A stretch of DNA of 64,000 bases from Plasmodiophora brassicae (taxonomy: Eukaryota). The position numbers were made by a program, and so were the translations under genes. The stretch lies in assembly GCA_036867785.1 (NCBI GenBank), contig CP145412.1, forward strand, positions 930,001 through 994,000. The letters run 5' to 3'. Of this stretch, positions 11,357 to 22,899 are shown in pieces (the first letter of the stretch is position 1; the number at the start of each line of letters is the position of its first letter). The notes below the pieces were generated by a model. That model did no database searches. It had not been told where the DNA came from and saw only the letters and a list, made by a program, of their open reading frames with translations.

Positions 11357-12888
11357 ATGTCGCACGGAAGGCGACGATCGACGGCAGCGGCGACGGCCAA
11401 CGCAACCCCGGCACCGTCGTGGCGTGTCGGGCGCTCTCTGGCTGGCGTCTGTGCCGTCGCCGCTGCTGCTGTGTCGCTGGGTGTCATCCTTCAATGGTCG
11501 GGGGCGCCCGAACCTACGACACGTGGCCTGACGCCTCGGGCCATCATCGCGGCACATCAGAGGGCGGCATCGGAACCGCCGACGCCCGCCTCGAAGGCAT
11601 TCCCTGGCCAGGTCCTGGGATTCGTAACGCCTTGGTTGACCTGGGAGGCAATGCTGCGCTGGCTTTCGTTAATCTAAGCACCAATGGTACATTGCCAGGA
11701 ACCCAGACGGTTATGATGTCGCGAAGGTCTACCGGCGCAAGTTCACCATGATCAGCCCGGTATGGTTTCAGATTCGACCCGAGTACGTCTGCGAAGATCG
11801 TGCGTCGACCACCTGCATGTGAACGTCTCACTGATACGCCATTGTCAGAGCCATCATCACCGGCGGGCACGATGTCGATCGCCAATGGGTGAACGACGTT
11901 CGCGGAAACGATGGCCTCGGCCCGAAGATCGTTCCGAGGTGCTGACCACCATCCGTGATTGGCGCTGTGAGCGTCGTTGACGTTACTGCCCACAGGTTCA
12001 ACATGGAGGGGTTTGACGGCCAGGGAATGGCTGCTCTGCTGACGGAACCTCTCCCGACGATTCGTGCAGTCGTTGAACAAATCAAGAAGCACGATTTCGA
12101 CGGCATTGTGCTGGAAATGACTGAGGCGTTGTTGCTGTCGAAGCGAGTGCAAGCGTGGGTTCGTGAGAGGCAGGGCGGGGAAATGCCCGATCTGGTGGGC
12201 GCCTTTGTGGTCCCTCTGGCAACTAGCCTGTCGGCGCTCGGCAAGGCTATTACTGTGGTTGCCTCTCCTCACGAGCAATTGTTCTCACAGTACGAAACCG
12301 CATCTTGACGCGTTTCCATTTCTCTGATGGTGTGAATGTGGCCCTAGGCACGACTTGAAGCGTCTTGTACAACATGTCGATCAGATCGCTGTGATGACTT
12401 ACGACTACAATGACGATCATCTGATCGGCCCGCTCGCTCCGTTCCCATGGGTGTCAACAGTCATGAAGCGCCTGCTCGAAGCCGTTCCAGAGGACCCTGA
12501 ACGACTTCTACTGGGATTGAACTTCTACGGCCAAGACCACGTTGGAGAGTTCGGGACAAAGATGTCGGAAGCACCTCGCGCAGTCGTTGCTCATGATTAT
12601 ATCAAGGTCGGGAGCTAGCCCCTTTATTGTCTCGTCGGTACTCAGGCGAGCCATTTCCTGGTACAGATCCTGGAGAAGTCTGCCACACCCGATACTCCAC
12701 TCACGTTTCTCGACGAGGAGAAGGAGCACTTGGCGACGTACCGAGACGCCAAGGGCCGCCGGCACACAGTCATTTACCCCAGCACGTTGTCGATCAAGAG
12801 CCGTGTCGACTTGGCGCGTAAGCTACGCACGGGCATACAGATCTGGGAGATCGGCCAGGGACTGTCACAATTCATGGATCTGCTTTAG
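11357..12888 (+). CDS. CHID1: Chitinase domain-containing protein 1 (GH18 SI-CLP-like), multi-exon
   Basis: VLGFVTPW, KFTMISPVWFQI, FDGIVLE, VMTYDY, LLLGLNFYG, HTVIYPS, IWEIGQGL..FMDLL*; N-terminal TM. Confidence 0.9.
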
Positions 12889-14440
12889 AGATACAGGACC
12901 ACATTCTCGCTCTCTTTAAAGATCGCCCATTGTCATCAGAGACGATAACCCCGAAGTGGCGTTCTATATGCTGTCTTCTCCGACCGGTGCCTGACGCCGT
13001 GCGACCTGTTCTGCCACCTTGGTCATGGACTCCGTCATCATGTTCGCGAACGCGGCAAATGATCGATGAAGCTCCAGGAGCTCCTGGTTGGCATGGTGGA
13101 GGCGAGCGCGTAACGCTTTGACGTTCTGTAATGGCCAACCTTGTTAGTTGCTCCCCGCGCCACGCACCGGCATGCCTCGTTACCTCTTGGACGGATACGC
13201 TGTGATCGACATTCGTGACGACGTCCTCTGGAAGGGGAACGCGTTCTGGCAACGGCAACAGGCGATCCTCGTTCGCTGCCTGCCTTGTCTTCGTAGGCTC
13301 GCGTCTGTCATGCGTGGTCGTTCCTCGCTCGGGCCCGACGAACACTGGATGTGGACGCTCACGGCTATCGTCCCGAGGCTCCTCCTCGCATGGTTCGCTG
13401 GGCACGAATTCACGCAGGACCGTACTTTGGCCAGTTGACGCCAGCAGCAATGCCGCCAGCGTGTTCCGACTCGAGCCCTTGACCAGGCAGACGTCGTCGG
13501 CGATGGCCGAGCCGCTGGTGAAGACCAGGTCCCAGTTGAGCAGGTCGGCCAACGACGGCGGGACGATGTCCGCATCGCCCACATGGGCAATGAACGGCCA
13601 GAACGAGATCGTCGTCGGCGACGCGACCACCATGGCCGCGTTCGCCGGGAAATCGCTCGCCGACCTATTCATCAGCTTCAGACCAGGCCGGTCGGCGATC
13701 GCCTTGGCCGCCGGTAGAGCCGGCAGTGACACCGGCCCCATGATCCTCCGGATCGGGTCGTCGGCGCGCCCCACCGCCGGGTACCGCTCCAGGCAGTCGC
13801 CGCCCGGCGCCGAATAGACCGACAGCGAGTTGTCGGCATGGCCGGCGACGATTGTCGTCGCCGAGGCGAACGCCAGCGACGTGACCGCCCCGGGGCAGGT
13901 TCGAGTCCAGTGCAGGCGCACGCCTTCATAACAATGGACCTTCCGGCCCTTCCCTAACGCCACGTACCTGCCCGACGCCGCACAGGTCGTCCCACCTTCC
14001 TGCAACATGGCCAGGGTCCCGTTCCCGATGGCGATTGCCGTCCCGGTCGTGGAACACGCCACGGTCGTGTCCATCGTCATCGCGATCTGCGCGATCGGCG
14101 CCGACCCGCACGGGTACGCCGTCCTGGACTCGACGAGGAAGTCGACGTTGGCGACGGCGCGGCACAGGACGGTGACCGTCAGCACGTTGCCAAGGGAGTC
14201 GCCGATCCCGACGACGATGGTGTGCGGGCGATGCCCATGGGCGGTGACGGCCAGAGCCGTGACGGGCGCGCCGTGATCGATCCGCAGGCGCTGGGCGGCC
14301 GCCCCGTCGGCGCCGATCGCGAACACCGACACGGAATCGTCGGCGTCGCGCGCCACGACTATACGGCCGGCCGAGGCGACCAGGTCGCTCTGCAGGCGGA
14401 GGTCGATGACATCCCGAGTCGTCACACGCGACGTCATCAT
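12872..14440 (-). CDS. WD40/beta-propeller protein; 3' structure uncertain
   Basis: HGAPVTALAV and GAVTSLAFAS..IVAGHADNSLSVY repeats. Confidence 0.55.
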   Translation of the reverse strand: MMTSRVTTRDVIDLRLQSDLVASAGRIVVARDADDSVSVFAIGADGAAAQRLRIDHGAPVTALAVTAHGHRPHTIVVGIGDSLGNVLTVTVLCRAVANVDFLVESRTAYPCGSAPIAQIAMTMDTTVACSTTGTAIAIGNGTLAMLQEGGTTCAASGRYVALGKGRKVHCYEGVRLHWTRTCPGAVTSLAFASATTIVAGHADNSLSVYSAPGGDCLERYPAVGRADDPIRRIMGPVSLPALPAAKAIADRPGLKLMNRSASDFPANAAMVVASPTTISFWPFIAHVGDADIVPPSLADLLNWDLVFTSGSAIADDVCLVKGSSRNTLAALLLASTGQSTVLREFVPSEPCEEEPRDDSRERPHPVFVGPERGTTTHDRREPTKTRQAANEDRLLPLPERVPLPEDVVTNVDHSVSVQEVTRHAGAWRGEQLTRLAITERQSVTRSPPPCQPGAPGASSIICRVREHDDGVHDQGGRTGRTASGTGRRRQHIERHFGVIVSDDNGRSLKRARMWSCISKADP

Positions 14441-14464
14441 GTGCCCCCCGGTAACGTGACTGGG

Positions 14465-14484
14465 CACACACACACACACACACA
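14465..14484. repeat. (CA)10 microsatellite
   Basis: Direct reading. Confidence 0.95.
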
Positions 14485-14525
14485 ACGAAGGTGGCCCCCT
14501 TCCTGGCACGTTTACACGTTGCTGT

Positions 14526-16291
14526 TTAGAACGCGTTGGACGCGCTGGACGGTGCCCTGCGGCCGCCGGACGCGTACAGGTCGTCGGGGGCGTCCAGGTC
14601 GTCGTCGTCGCCAAAGGTGCCGTCGGGCGCCACGATCTGGACGGGCGCCGGCTTCCTGACTTCGACGAGCTTGACGCGCTCGGCGTCGGTCATGTCGTGG
14701 GTCTGCAGGTACCGGTTCACGAGCCGGTTCGTGTGGTTCTCCATGCGGACCAGGTACTGCTCGAAGTTGGCCTCGTTGACCTTGACGTCGGGCGCCAGCG
14801 GGTCCCCGCTGTCCAGCGACAGCGCCTTCATGAACTTGGTCACACGTTTGATGATCAGGGCGACCGTCTTGTTGGCGCGCTTGACGACCGCGCTCTGCTC
14901 CGCGATTCGCGATTCGGCCGTCTTCTCGCCGGTGACGATCTTCTCCAACGCCTTTCGCCGACGCACCTGCTCCTTGCTGACCGCCTTCATCTGCAGGGCG
15001 CGACGCTGGGCGCTCATCTCGATGGCCTCGGCCTCGCCGGCCTCGATCTGGGCGTTGATCTCCGACAGGCGCGAGAACAGGTGGAAGTTGCTGTTCTCAG
15101 CGCGAACGAACGCGTCGACGATCTTGTCGATCGAGTCGATGCCGGTCGCCTGAAGGACCTTGGCGATCGCCGCCTCCTGCTCCCGGACGTGTAACGTCCG
15201 TTCACTGATAAGGTGGCGCGTCTCCCGGACCCGATTCTCAGCGCACGCCAACCGGGCGGTCGCTTTCGACTCTTTGGCGGCGTCGCCGCTGATCGCATCG
15301 CTCATCTTGACGTTGCGTTTCTCGCGGGCGCGCTGCATGTCCTTCATCATCTGCGCCTCCTGCTGGATGCTGTCCTCGGTCAGCAGACGGGCCAGCTCGT
15401 GCCATTCGGCCTCGATCTTCTGCAGTTCGACGAAGGCGGTGTCCTTCATGACGGCGAGGTCCTTGGTGGTGCGCTCCTTCGCCTCGAGCATCTGCAGCGT
15501 CTTCTGCATCATGACGCTCAGCTCGTCCTTCGTCTCGTGCAGTTCGAGCTCGTTCCGGTGCACGAGACTGTCGAACGTGGTGCGCTCACGACGGAGGTCA
15601 TCGATGGACTCCCGCATGGCCTTGTTCTGCGACAGCGCCTCGCTGAATTTCACTAAGGCCTGACAGAGGCCGGCAGTCAGGAGAAGATGCAAGGGGGGGC
15701 GCTTGCCAGCTCTGCTTACCGAGTCGAGCTTGCCCTCGTCGACCAGAAGGCGACGCTCCATGTAATGGACGCTGTCGCGGGAGCTCAGAGCGGCCAGCGC
15801 CGCCTTCTTCTGTTCGATGAGAAGGACGCGCTGCTTGTCGATTCGCTTGTCGATGTCGTTCAGCTTCCTGGTCTCGTGCGCGATCTTGGAGTGGTACCGC
15901 TCGGCCTCGTCCTGCATGCGACCGATGCGCAGGCCCAGCGAATGCCGGATCATCGAGTGCTGCTTGTCGGTCTCCAGCCGCAGGTCGTCCCTCGCCGTTA
16001 GGCTGATCTCTTTGAGGCGGGACAGCTGTAGCATCTTCACCTCAGCCAGGTGCCCCGTCGACACGCCGGCCTGCTTCCTGTGCAATTCGATCTGACGAAA
16101 GCGCCGCTGCAGGGAATCAATGTCGGCTTGGACCGAGTCGAATCGCTGACACAGTGCCAGTCAGGGTGCGGGCCAATGTGGAGTACCAGGGGACCTGCCT
16201 TGGCCCTGAGAGCGACGGCGTCGACGGTGGCTTCCGGCGCCTCTGCATCGCTGCCGTTCTCATTGATGGCATCAATGTCGACCATCGCCAT
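14526..16291 (-). CDS. Outer dynein arm docking complex coiled-coil protein (ODA1/DC2, CCDC63/CCDC114 family)
   Basis: KFSEALSQNKAMRESIDDLRRER and KVLQATGIDSIDKIVDAFVRAENSNFHLF match family hallmarks; long coiled coil. Confidence 0.75.
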
Positions 16292-16436
16292 TGCGTCGTT
16301 GACGACAGGTCGCGCCCCCGAGGAGTGTCTACTAGGGTGACAATGCCAACCCAGTGTACCTTGTCGATCGCAGGCGTGCCGCGTTTAACAAGAGAGTGTA
16401 GCAGGAGCGCAGGACCGTCTGTGTGTATAGATTGCG

Positions 16437-17277
16437 CTACTGATGGACCTCAATGCCATGCTTGACGGCCCACTTACGGGGCGGTCGGGCCAGTTTCGGC
16501 AGGATGTCGAACTTGTCGGGATGCAGGTGGGCGCGTAAGCCCAGCCGGTTGAAGTACGTGAACTGGATCGCCCCGCCATTCTTCTCGATTGCGTACTGGG
16601 CGGTCTTGGACGCCTCGGTCACCTGAATGTTGATCTTGCGCTTGAACTCCTCCATGCCTGTGCCGAGCAGTTTGATGCCATGCTCGACTTTGCCAACGAT
16701 CCCCGAATCATGCAGGATCTTCGTCGTGATGAGGTCATCCGGGTTGATCCGCCCTGCAAACAACAATGAATATGCTGACAGGTGAGGCACGCCCATTGGA
16801 CAACAGCACCTTCATTGATGTACTCCTGGAGGCGGAACAGGTTCAGCGGCGAGTAGTCCGGTTTGTTGCTGAGCGGGAATCAATCAGAACGATGCCGTTG
16901 TCCGTTCAGAAATGGCTACATACGATTTGAAGCCGCGCTTGGGGATGCGTTTCGACAACGGCGTCTGTCCGCCCTCAAACCCGACGCGAATCTTGCACCC
17001 GCTGCGCGCCTTCTGCCCTTTGTGGCCGCGTCCACTCGTGCCACCTAGACCCGTTAACGACCCTGCCGTGCTCGCGCGCTAAACGCCGACAAGTACCTCG
17101 TCCCGAGCCCTCACCGCGCCCGACCCGCCTCCTCTGCTGACGCGACCCGGGGTTGTCCGCCAGGTTGTTCAACGCCGCCGGGCTCGCCACCGCCTCCGCT
17201 GGCGTCAGGATGTGGACCTGCCGCGCCGACAGCGCTGTCGCCGACGTCAGCGCCCAACGCCTGACGGCACCCCACAT
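16437..17277 (-). CDS. MRPL15: Mitochondrial ribosomal protein uL15m, multi-exon
   Basis: [54 protein letters not shown]; presequence-like N-terminus. Confidence 0.92.
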
Positions 17278-17598
17278 GACCTCGTTTTTCCACTGCGCGA
17301 CTGCCGTTCGGGCCTTCGGGGAGGAGCACGGGAGCACCCCAACCCACGACAACGGCGGACCAGACGCCAAGCGCGCACTCGACGATCGCCAGTGCTGCAG
17401 TAAGTGGTTGGTGGGTTGCAGGTGTGTCTACCTATGGACGTGCAACAGACCTGCCAGTCGTAATATGAGTGTATCATGGAAATAGGCAGTTCGGGAAGGT
17501 CGACAGATGAACCCACGACTCCGCTCCTGGAGAATGCCGTTGACTTGTGATCAGGCGACATTGTATTGGAAGTTAGGCCGACATGGAAGGTCGGCTGG

Positions 17599-17874
17599 TT
17601 ACAGCTGCTTGTCATCGAGGAAGTGGCGCATGCTGCGTAGGTCTTCGCGGATCAGGCCGACGGCGTCGGCGGCGACGTGGAGTTTGGCGTAGGCGGTGTA
17701 CGCTTGCGTTTTGTCGAAGTCGCATGGCCGGGGGCACGCCTCGATCTGTTTCGAGACGGCGCCGCGAACGCGCTGCACCGTGTCGACGAATTCCTGCATG
17801 ATTGGCGCTGCTCGGGAGACCGCGTCGGCACTGACGCCGGTCAATGCCTGTAACGCGTCACTAGCCAGGTCCAT
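17599..17874 (-). CDS. Hypothetical small helical protein
   Basis: ATG-initiated 91-aa ORF with coding-like codon usage. Confidence 0.45.
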   Translation of the reverse strand: MDLASDALQALTGVSADAVSRAAPIMQEFVDTVQRVRGAVSKQIEACPRPCDFDKTQAYTAYAKLHVAADAVGLIREDLRSMRHFLDDKQL

Positions 17875-18109
17875 TGCCGATGCCAGCTCCTGTACGGAAC
17901 GCGTGTGTCAGGCCACATAGCTCTCCCGTCCAGTGCAAACGAGTGTGAAGCGCGACCATTTCTATGGACGTCAGCAACGCATCGCCGTCGCCAGCCATCC
18001 GTGGCGAATGCTCCGGACGGCAATGCACGCCATTGGGTGACATACAGTATTTAAACGAGTGGTTCCGTTGTGTATTTCGAGGAGATGCGGGTAACAACTT
18101 AAGTCATTG

Positions 18110-19100
18110 CTACTTGAAGCGCCGCAGGGAAGGTGAGCTCGATGCGCCACGGCCCACCGACAACCGGCTGGAACTGGCAGGTGTCTCTGCAAGCGATGAC
18201 AGGCTCAGCGCATTGTGTTGCAGCCCCATGGGCACGGCAGGCATACCGCCCGTGAGCTGGGCTCGACTAGATGACATTGGTGGGCGAAGCGTGCCCGGGC
18301 GCGCCCTCTGTGATGTCGAATCAAATGCATGCACGCCGACAGCGAAATCCAACCAGGGACAAACGACAGCAATACGCACTGGAAAAGAAACTCAATACAC
18401 CAAACCTCAAATGTTTCCTTGTCCTCGCCTACGACGTTCGTTAGGATTTAGCTAATTCGTCCAAACTGACGGGAATACCATACCATTAGTCTCCCGAACC
18501 CGTCGTCTGGTCTCCAGATGACCGTCGGGAGCCATTCGAGTTTCACTGGACACAGTTGTGGCCCGCCCAGAACTGTCCGCGTACGACATCACTGTCGACG
18601 AAGAGTAATGCGTTCTTGGGACGTATTCGATCGGTTCTTCGGGTTCTTCGGCGTCGACTTCTTCGGGTTCTTCAACGGATACAATCGAACGACGACGCAC
18701 CGGATTGTGATGCTCGCCTTCATCCAATGGGATCTCCTCGATCAAAGGCGGGCGGCCACTGCGCTGATGCAATTCAGGCGAGTCCGCGAAAGTGATTGGA
18801 ATCTCCCTCAAAGTCAGACAGGTGGCCATGTCGACAAAGCGGATATGACGCACCTCTCGAGCGTTGCTAGCTCTGGCTGCCGGTGGAACCCGTCGCGAGG
18901 GTCGTGGCGATGGGCCGAATCGGAAGAAGCTATGCATGGGCATTTGGAAGAATGGGTCGTCGTCAAAATCAAAGAGGTCGTCGTCGAAACTGCCCCGTTA
19001 TACGTCAGCGCCGGGCCAGCTGGATACAAGGTACGCCAACTTACAAGGATTCGATGTGGCGACGCATCGACTCGAACGGGTCGAACGCGCGACGGCGCAT
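18110..19100 (-). CDS. Myeloid leukemia factor (MLF)-like protein, multi-exon
   Basis: MRRRAFDPFESMRRHIESL|FDDDLFDFDDDPFF and YSSSTVMSY...SSETRMAPDGHLETRRRVRETNG resemble the MLF core; last exon inferred. Confidence 0.6.
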
Positions 19101-19566
19101 GGCTGCCCTCGGCGCTGGTGCTGTTGACCTCACCGCGGACACTGGGAACGTACCCGTACCGCGATCGGTACCGCAGCCACAGTCCAGTGGTACCAGGACT
19201 GCCAATCGGAATGAAGCACGCAAAATCTCCACTCACTCGCCTCCCCGTTCAAGGCAGCACTTAACGCCTATCATATTGGAGTGCTGGGCGCCATTGATGT
19301 GTGTGCCCGAAGCAAACCGGTCTTGCTAGGAGCACGTTAGGGCGTGAATATCTTCGCCCTACCCGTTTCTGCTGTACGACTGTGGCCCATGCTGATGCCT
19401 TGCCAGTGCGGTATTTCATCGCGTCGTGTTTTCGGCGCAAGCAGAAAACGGCAGAGTGTGCTTCGGCTGCGGAGCTAACGTTGCAGCGTCCTCCTCCACC
19501 AGTGCCAGTTGGAAGGTATATCTTCGGTGACGGGAAGAGGGTCCTCGCGTCCGCGGGGTATCGGAC

Positions 19567-22239
19567 ATGACGAAGGCGACTGTGCCAGCGACGTGTACCG
19601 CAGTACGGACGGTGGTCGTTGGTGATGCCGGGTGCGGGAAGACGAGCCTCTGCAGTACGCTTGTGTCCGAGGCGTTCCCGACGACGGTCCCGCGAGTGCT
19701 GCATCCGATTATTGTACGATCCGTTTCGGAAGCCATTCACTGGAAAGCTGACTTTCCGTAGGTACCTCCAGATATCACACCCGACAAGATCAGGCTGACA
19801 CTCGTCGATACATCGTGTAAGTCGGCGACCAATCTACAATAAGTTCGATGAATCCCGAGTAACCTTTTTCCATTAGCGAATCCTTTGGACTCGGACAAGA
19901 CGGAGCGGGAAGTGAAGCAATGCGATGTGGTTGTCCTTGTATGCGCTGTCGACCAAGCTGATTCGCTTGATCGTGTGACGTCGTTCTGGCTGCCTCGTTT
20001 CGCCGAGCTCGCAGTCGATGTAATCCGAAACGAGGTCATTGTTTGCTGCGCGCTGGTGGTATGACACTGCTGGTTCAGGTTCCGATCGTTCTTGCTATGA
20101 ATAAGATTGACCTGGTTGACATGCACGAGCGCTCTCTGTTCTCCAAGCGGTTTAATCCGCTGGTGAAAGATTTCAAGGTTCTTTTGTTGTCTTTCGTCTT
20201 TTTCTTCTTCCCCAATCGTTTCTGGTTCAGATTACCATCTGCATTGAGTGCTCGGCCAAGGTGCAGATTCATGTACCAGAGGTCTTTTACAGTGCACAGA
20301 AGGCTGTGACGCATCCCGTTCAGCCTTTGTTTGACCGCGCCACCAAGGTACTCTGAGCGTTATAGTAATGTGGAATTGGCTATTAACTTGACCGAAAGTC
20401 GTTAACGACTCCATTCATCAAGGCCCTGACTCGTATATTTCGGCATTGCGATGCTGATATGGACGGGAAACTGTCTTCATCTGAGCTCGACTCGTTCCAA
20501 GACCAGTGTTTTGAAGTACCTCTCAAGCAGACCGATATCGCTGCGATAAAACGCCTCTTGTGGCAGAAGGTCATGCCCTACCGAATGTTGTCTGTGCTCG
20601 GCTGATACATTTTCAGGATCATTCCTATGTTCGAGATGATGGCGTGACTTTGGACGGGTTCCTGTACTTACAGCAAGTCTTTATTGAGCGTGGCAAAACG
20701 GAGACGCCTTGGCGGGTGCTTCGCCATTTTGGATACGACAACGCTCTTCGCATCAAGAGCGAGTACATTGACCGTTTGTGTGGCGCTCATGTACAGTGTA
20801 CTGCTGAGCACCACTACGAACTGACTGACAATGGGTTACGGTTCCTTTATAACATGTTCAAGCAATTCGACAGGGACCAGGTATGGATTGTGGTCGGGCG
20901 CAGTCGTCTAGTGTCTTACGTTTGCCCAGGATGGCGTTCTTAGCCCCGCTGAACTGGAGGAGATCTTCTTCCCATACCCAGGGGGTCCTCCGTTTCCAGA
21001 AGGGTACAGCGACTATGTCGCTACGGATTCCACAGGCTCGTTGACCATGTTTGGGTGGCTGTCGCAGTTCGCGTACGTGAATGTCGTTCTTCTGTGTTCA
21101 GGTGCTTAATGCCATTATGTTATGTAGGCTGCTGGCGTTTTTCGACGTCCGTCAGGCACTTCAAACGCTGACGTTCATAGGCTATCCTGCACAGTCTGTC
21201 AGCGAGTGTGCCCACCTTGTTAAGAAAGGCTCTGCGTCGGCATCACTTCGCAATGCAATTCATTGCTTCGTCTATGGTTCGACGAAGTGCGGGAAATCAG
21301 GTAACATCAAGTGCATAAATTGGACGTTGAGGTTGAATGGCTGTCCACAGCTTTCCTGGACCGTTTGTTGAATAAGCCTGTTACCTCTGCCCATCGCCAC
21401 ACAAGGTCACTGCATACAGGTATGCGTTTAGTGCGAGGTTATTGGTTCACGGGACGACTAACCGGCGACTAGTTTGCAACATGGTCGATGTCCCCGACAT
21501 ATTTGAAGCTGGGGATGAGAGTAAATTTCTCATCATGACGGAGGTATCCTGGTTTCGTCGGCCCATTACGCGCAGGATTCTCAGGATTGGGCTAGGTTCC
21601 AGCTGATCCCGCGATCGTGGATGACACGGCAGCGAACGAGGTTCCTCATTGCGACCTCGTCCTGCTTATGTACGATGTTAGCGATCCCCATTCTCTTGCG
21701 TATGCTCACAATCTAATCCGGAACAAGTAAGTTTCGCTTACGGAACGCAGCTACAGCAGCAAGGGCTAACACGAGCATCAATGCTGATCAGGCTGCCGTA
21801 TACGGTTCCACATATCCTGTTGGCTTTTAAATCCGATAAGCCGGCCGTGGAACAGATTGCAGATGACGATGAAACCGAACTGTCTCCAGCTGCAATATGT
21901 CAGACCTATGACCTGGTCGCACTCGCATCTGGGGCGTATCGCCAAGACCTAAACGGCTTGTTTCGGAACTTGACGGAGGCTGCCCTGTTACCGTAAGCAA
22001 AGGCGAAATGCATTGGGAGTATGGGACCTGACATCGTTTCCTTTAGCGGGGGATTTCTGCCATCGACGCCGACGCAGAGACGAAGACGACGAATCTTCTT
22101 GTGGGCAAAACGCGCACTTGTAGCTACCGTTTTCACATCGGCTGCTGTGTACGTCAACGTCCGATTTGATCTGCTGGGACGCGTCCACAAGATGGCAACG
22201 TCTCTACGCGAACCATCGAAGCCGGGCCGCACAGACTGA
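19567..22239 (+). CDS. MIRO: Mitochondrial Rho GTPase Miro (GTPase-EF hands-GTPase-TM), many introns
   Basis: VVVGDAGCGKTSL, PIVLAMNKIDL, CIECSAK, DGVTLDGFLYLQQVFIERGKTETPWRVLRHFGYD, second P-loop YGSTKCGKS, C-terminal TM. Confidence 0.93.
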
Positions 22240-22339
22240 ACCTTGTACAAAAATTGAATAAACCGCAACGACTTCTGAGGCTTCTGAATGATCGTCGACA
22301 TCACAACCGATTGGTGCGACGGCGACGGGGTTTGTCGCA

Positions 22340-22608
22340 ATGAAGGTGCGCTCCGCCGTGAAGTTGATGTGCAAGGAGTGCCAGTTCGCGAAGCGCCGCG
22401 GTCGCGTCTTCGTCATATGCAAGAAGAACCCAAAGCACAAGCAGCGGCAAGGTTGGCGGACCCATCCCTGTCACTTCGCAACCTCCGCTGACCCGTCTGG
22501 TTTCCAACAACAGGTTTCGCCACGTATCCTGCGATGGAAACGTCCCCGTTGGCAGCGGAAACGGGCTCCACGGGCTGGACTAGTTGGTTCTCGAAATGGT
22601 TCTCCTAG
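22340..22608 (+). CDS. MRPL36: Mitochondrial ribosomal protein bL36m with a C-terminal extension
   Basis: [38 protein letters not shown]; intron 22452-22513 leads to FATYPAM..WFSKWFS*. Confidence 0.9.
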
Positions 22609-22899
22609 TTAACAAACATAACGCACAATCGGCCGTAGATACTACAGTCGACAGTACCGCGTTTCAGCGTCGTCCCCCGCCAGATAGATATGGGACAACT
22701 GTTTGGACGAAACGCCCAGATATACGTTTGGATAGCGGGTCTGAATTCGGGTGAAATGACACGCCAGGAATGCACTGTCGTATGGAAGCAATTCCGGTTC
22801 GTACGGTGTACCGTGGCCCGCTGGCGTTGGGCCGGGGCGGTCCCATGGTGCGCAACGGGCGCACCTCGACCGGATGGGCGAGCGAGGATCACGACGACG

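Noticed and set aside
11357-12888. Active chitinase effector
   Set aside because: The DGIVLE motif lacks the full DxxDxDxE pattern, which is normal for the conserved CHID1/SI-CLP subfamily.
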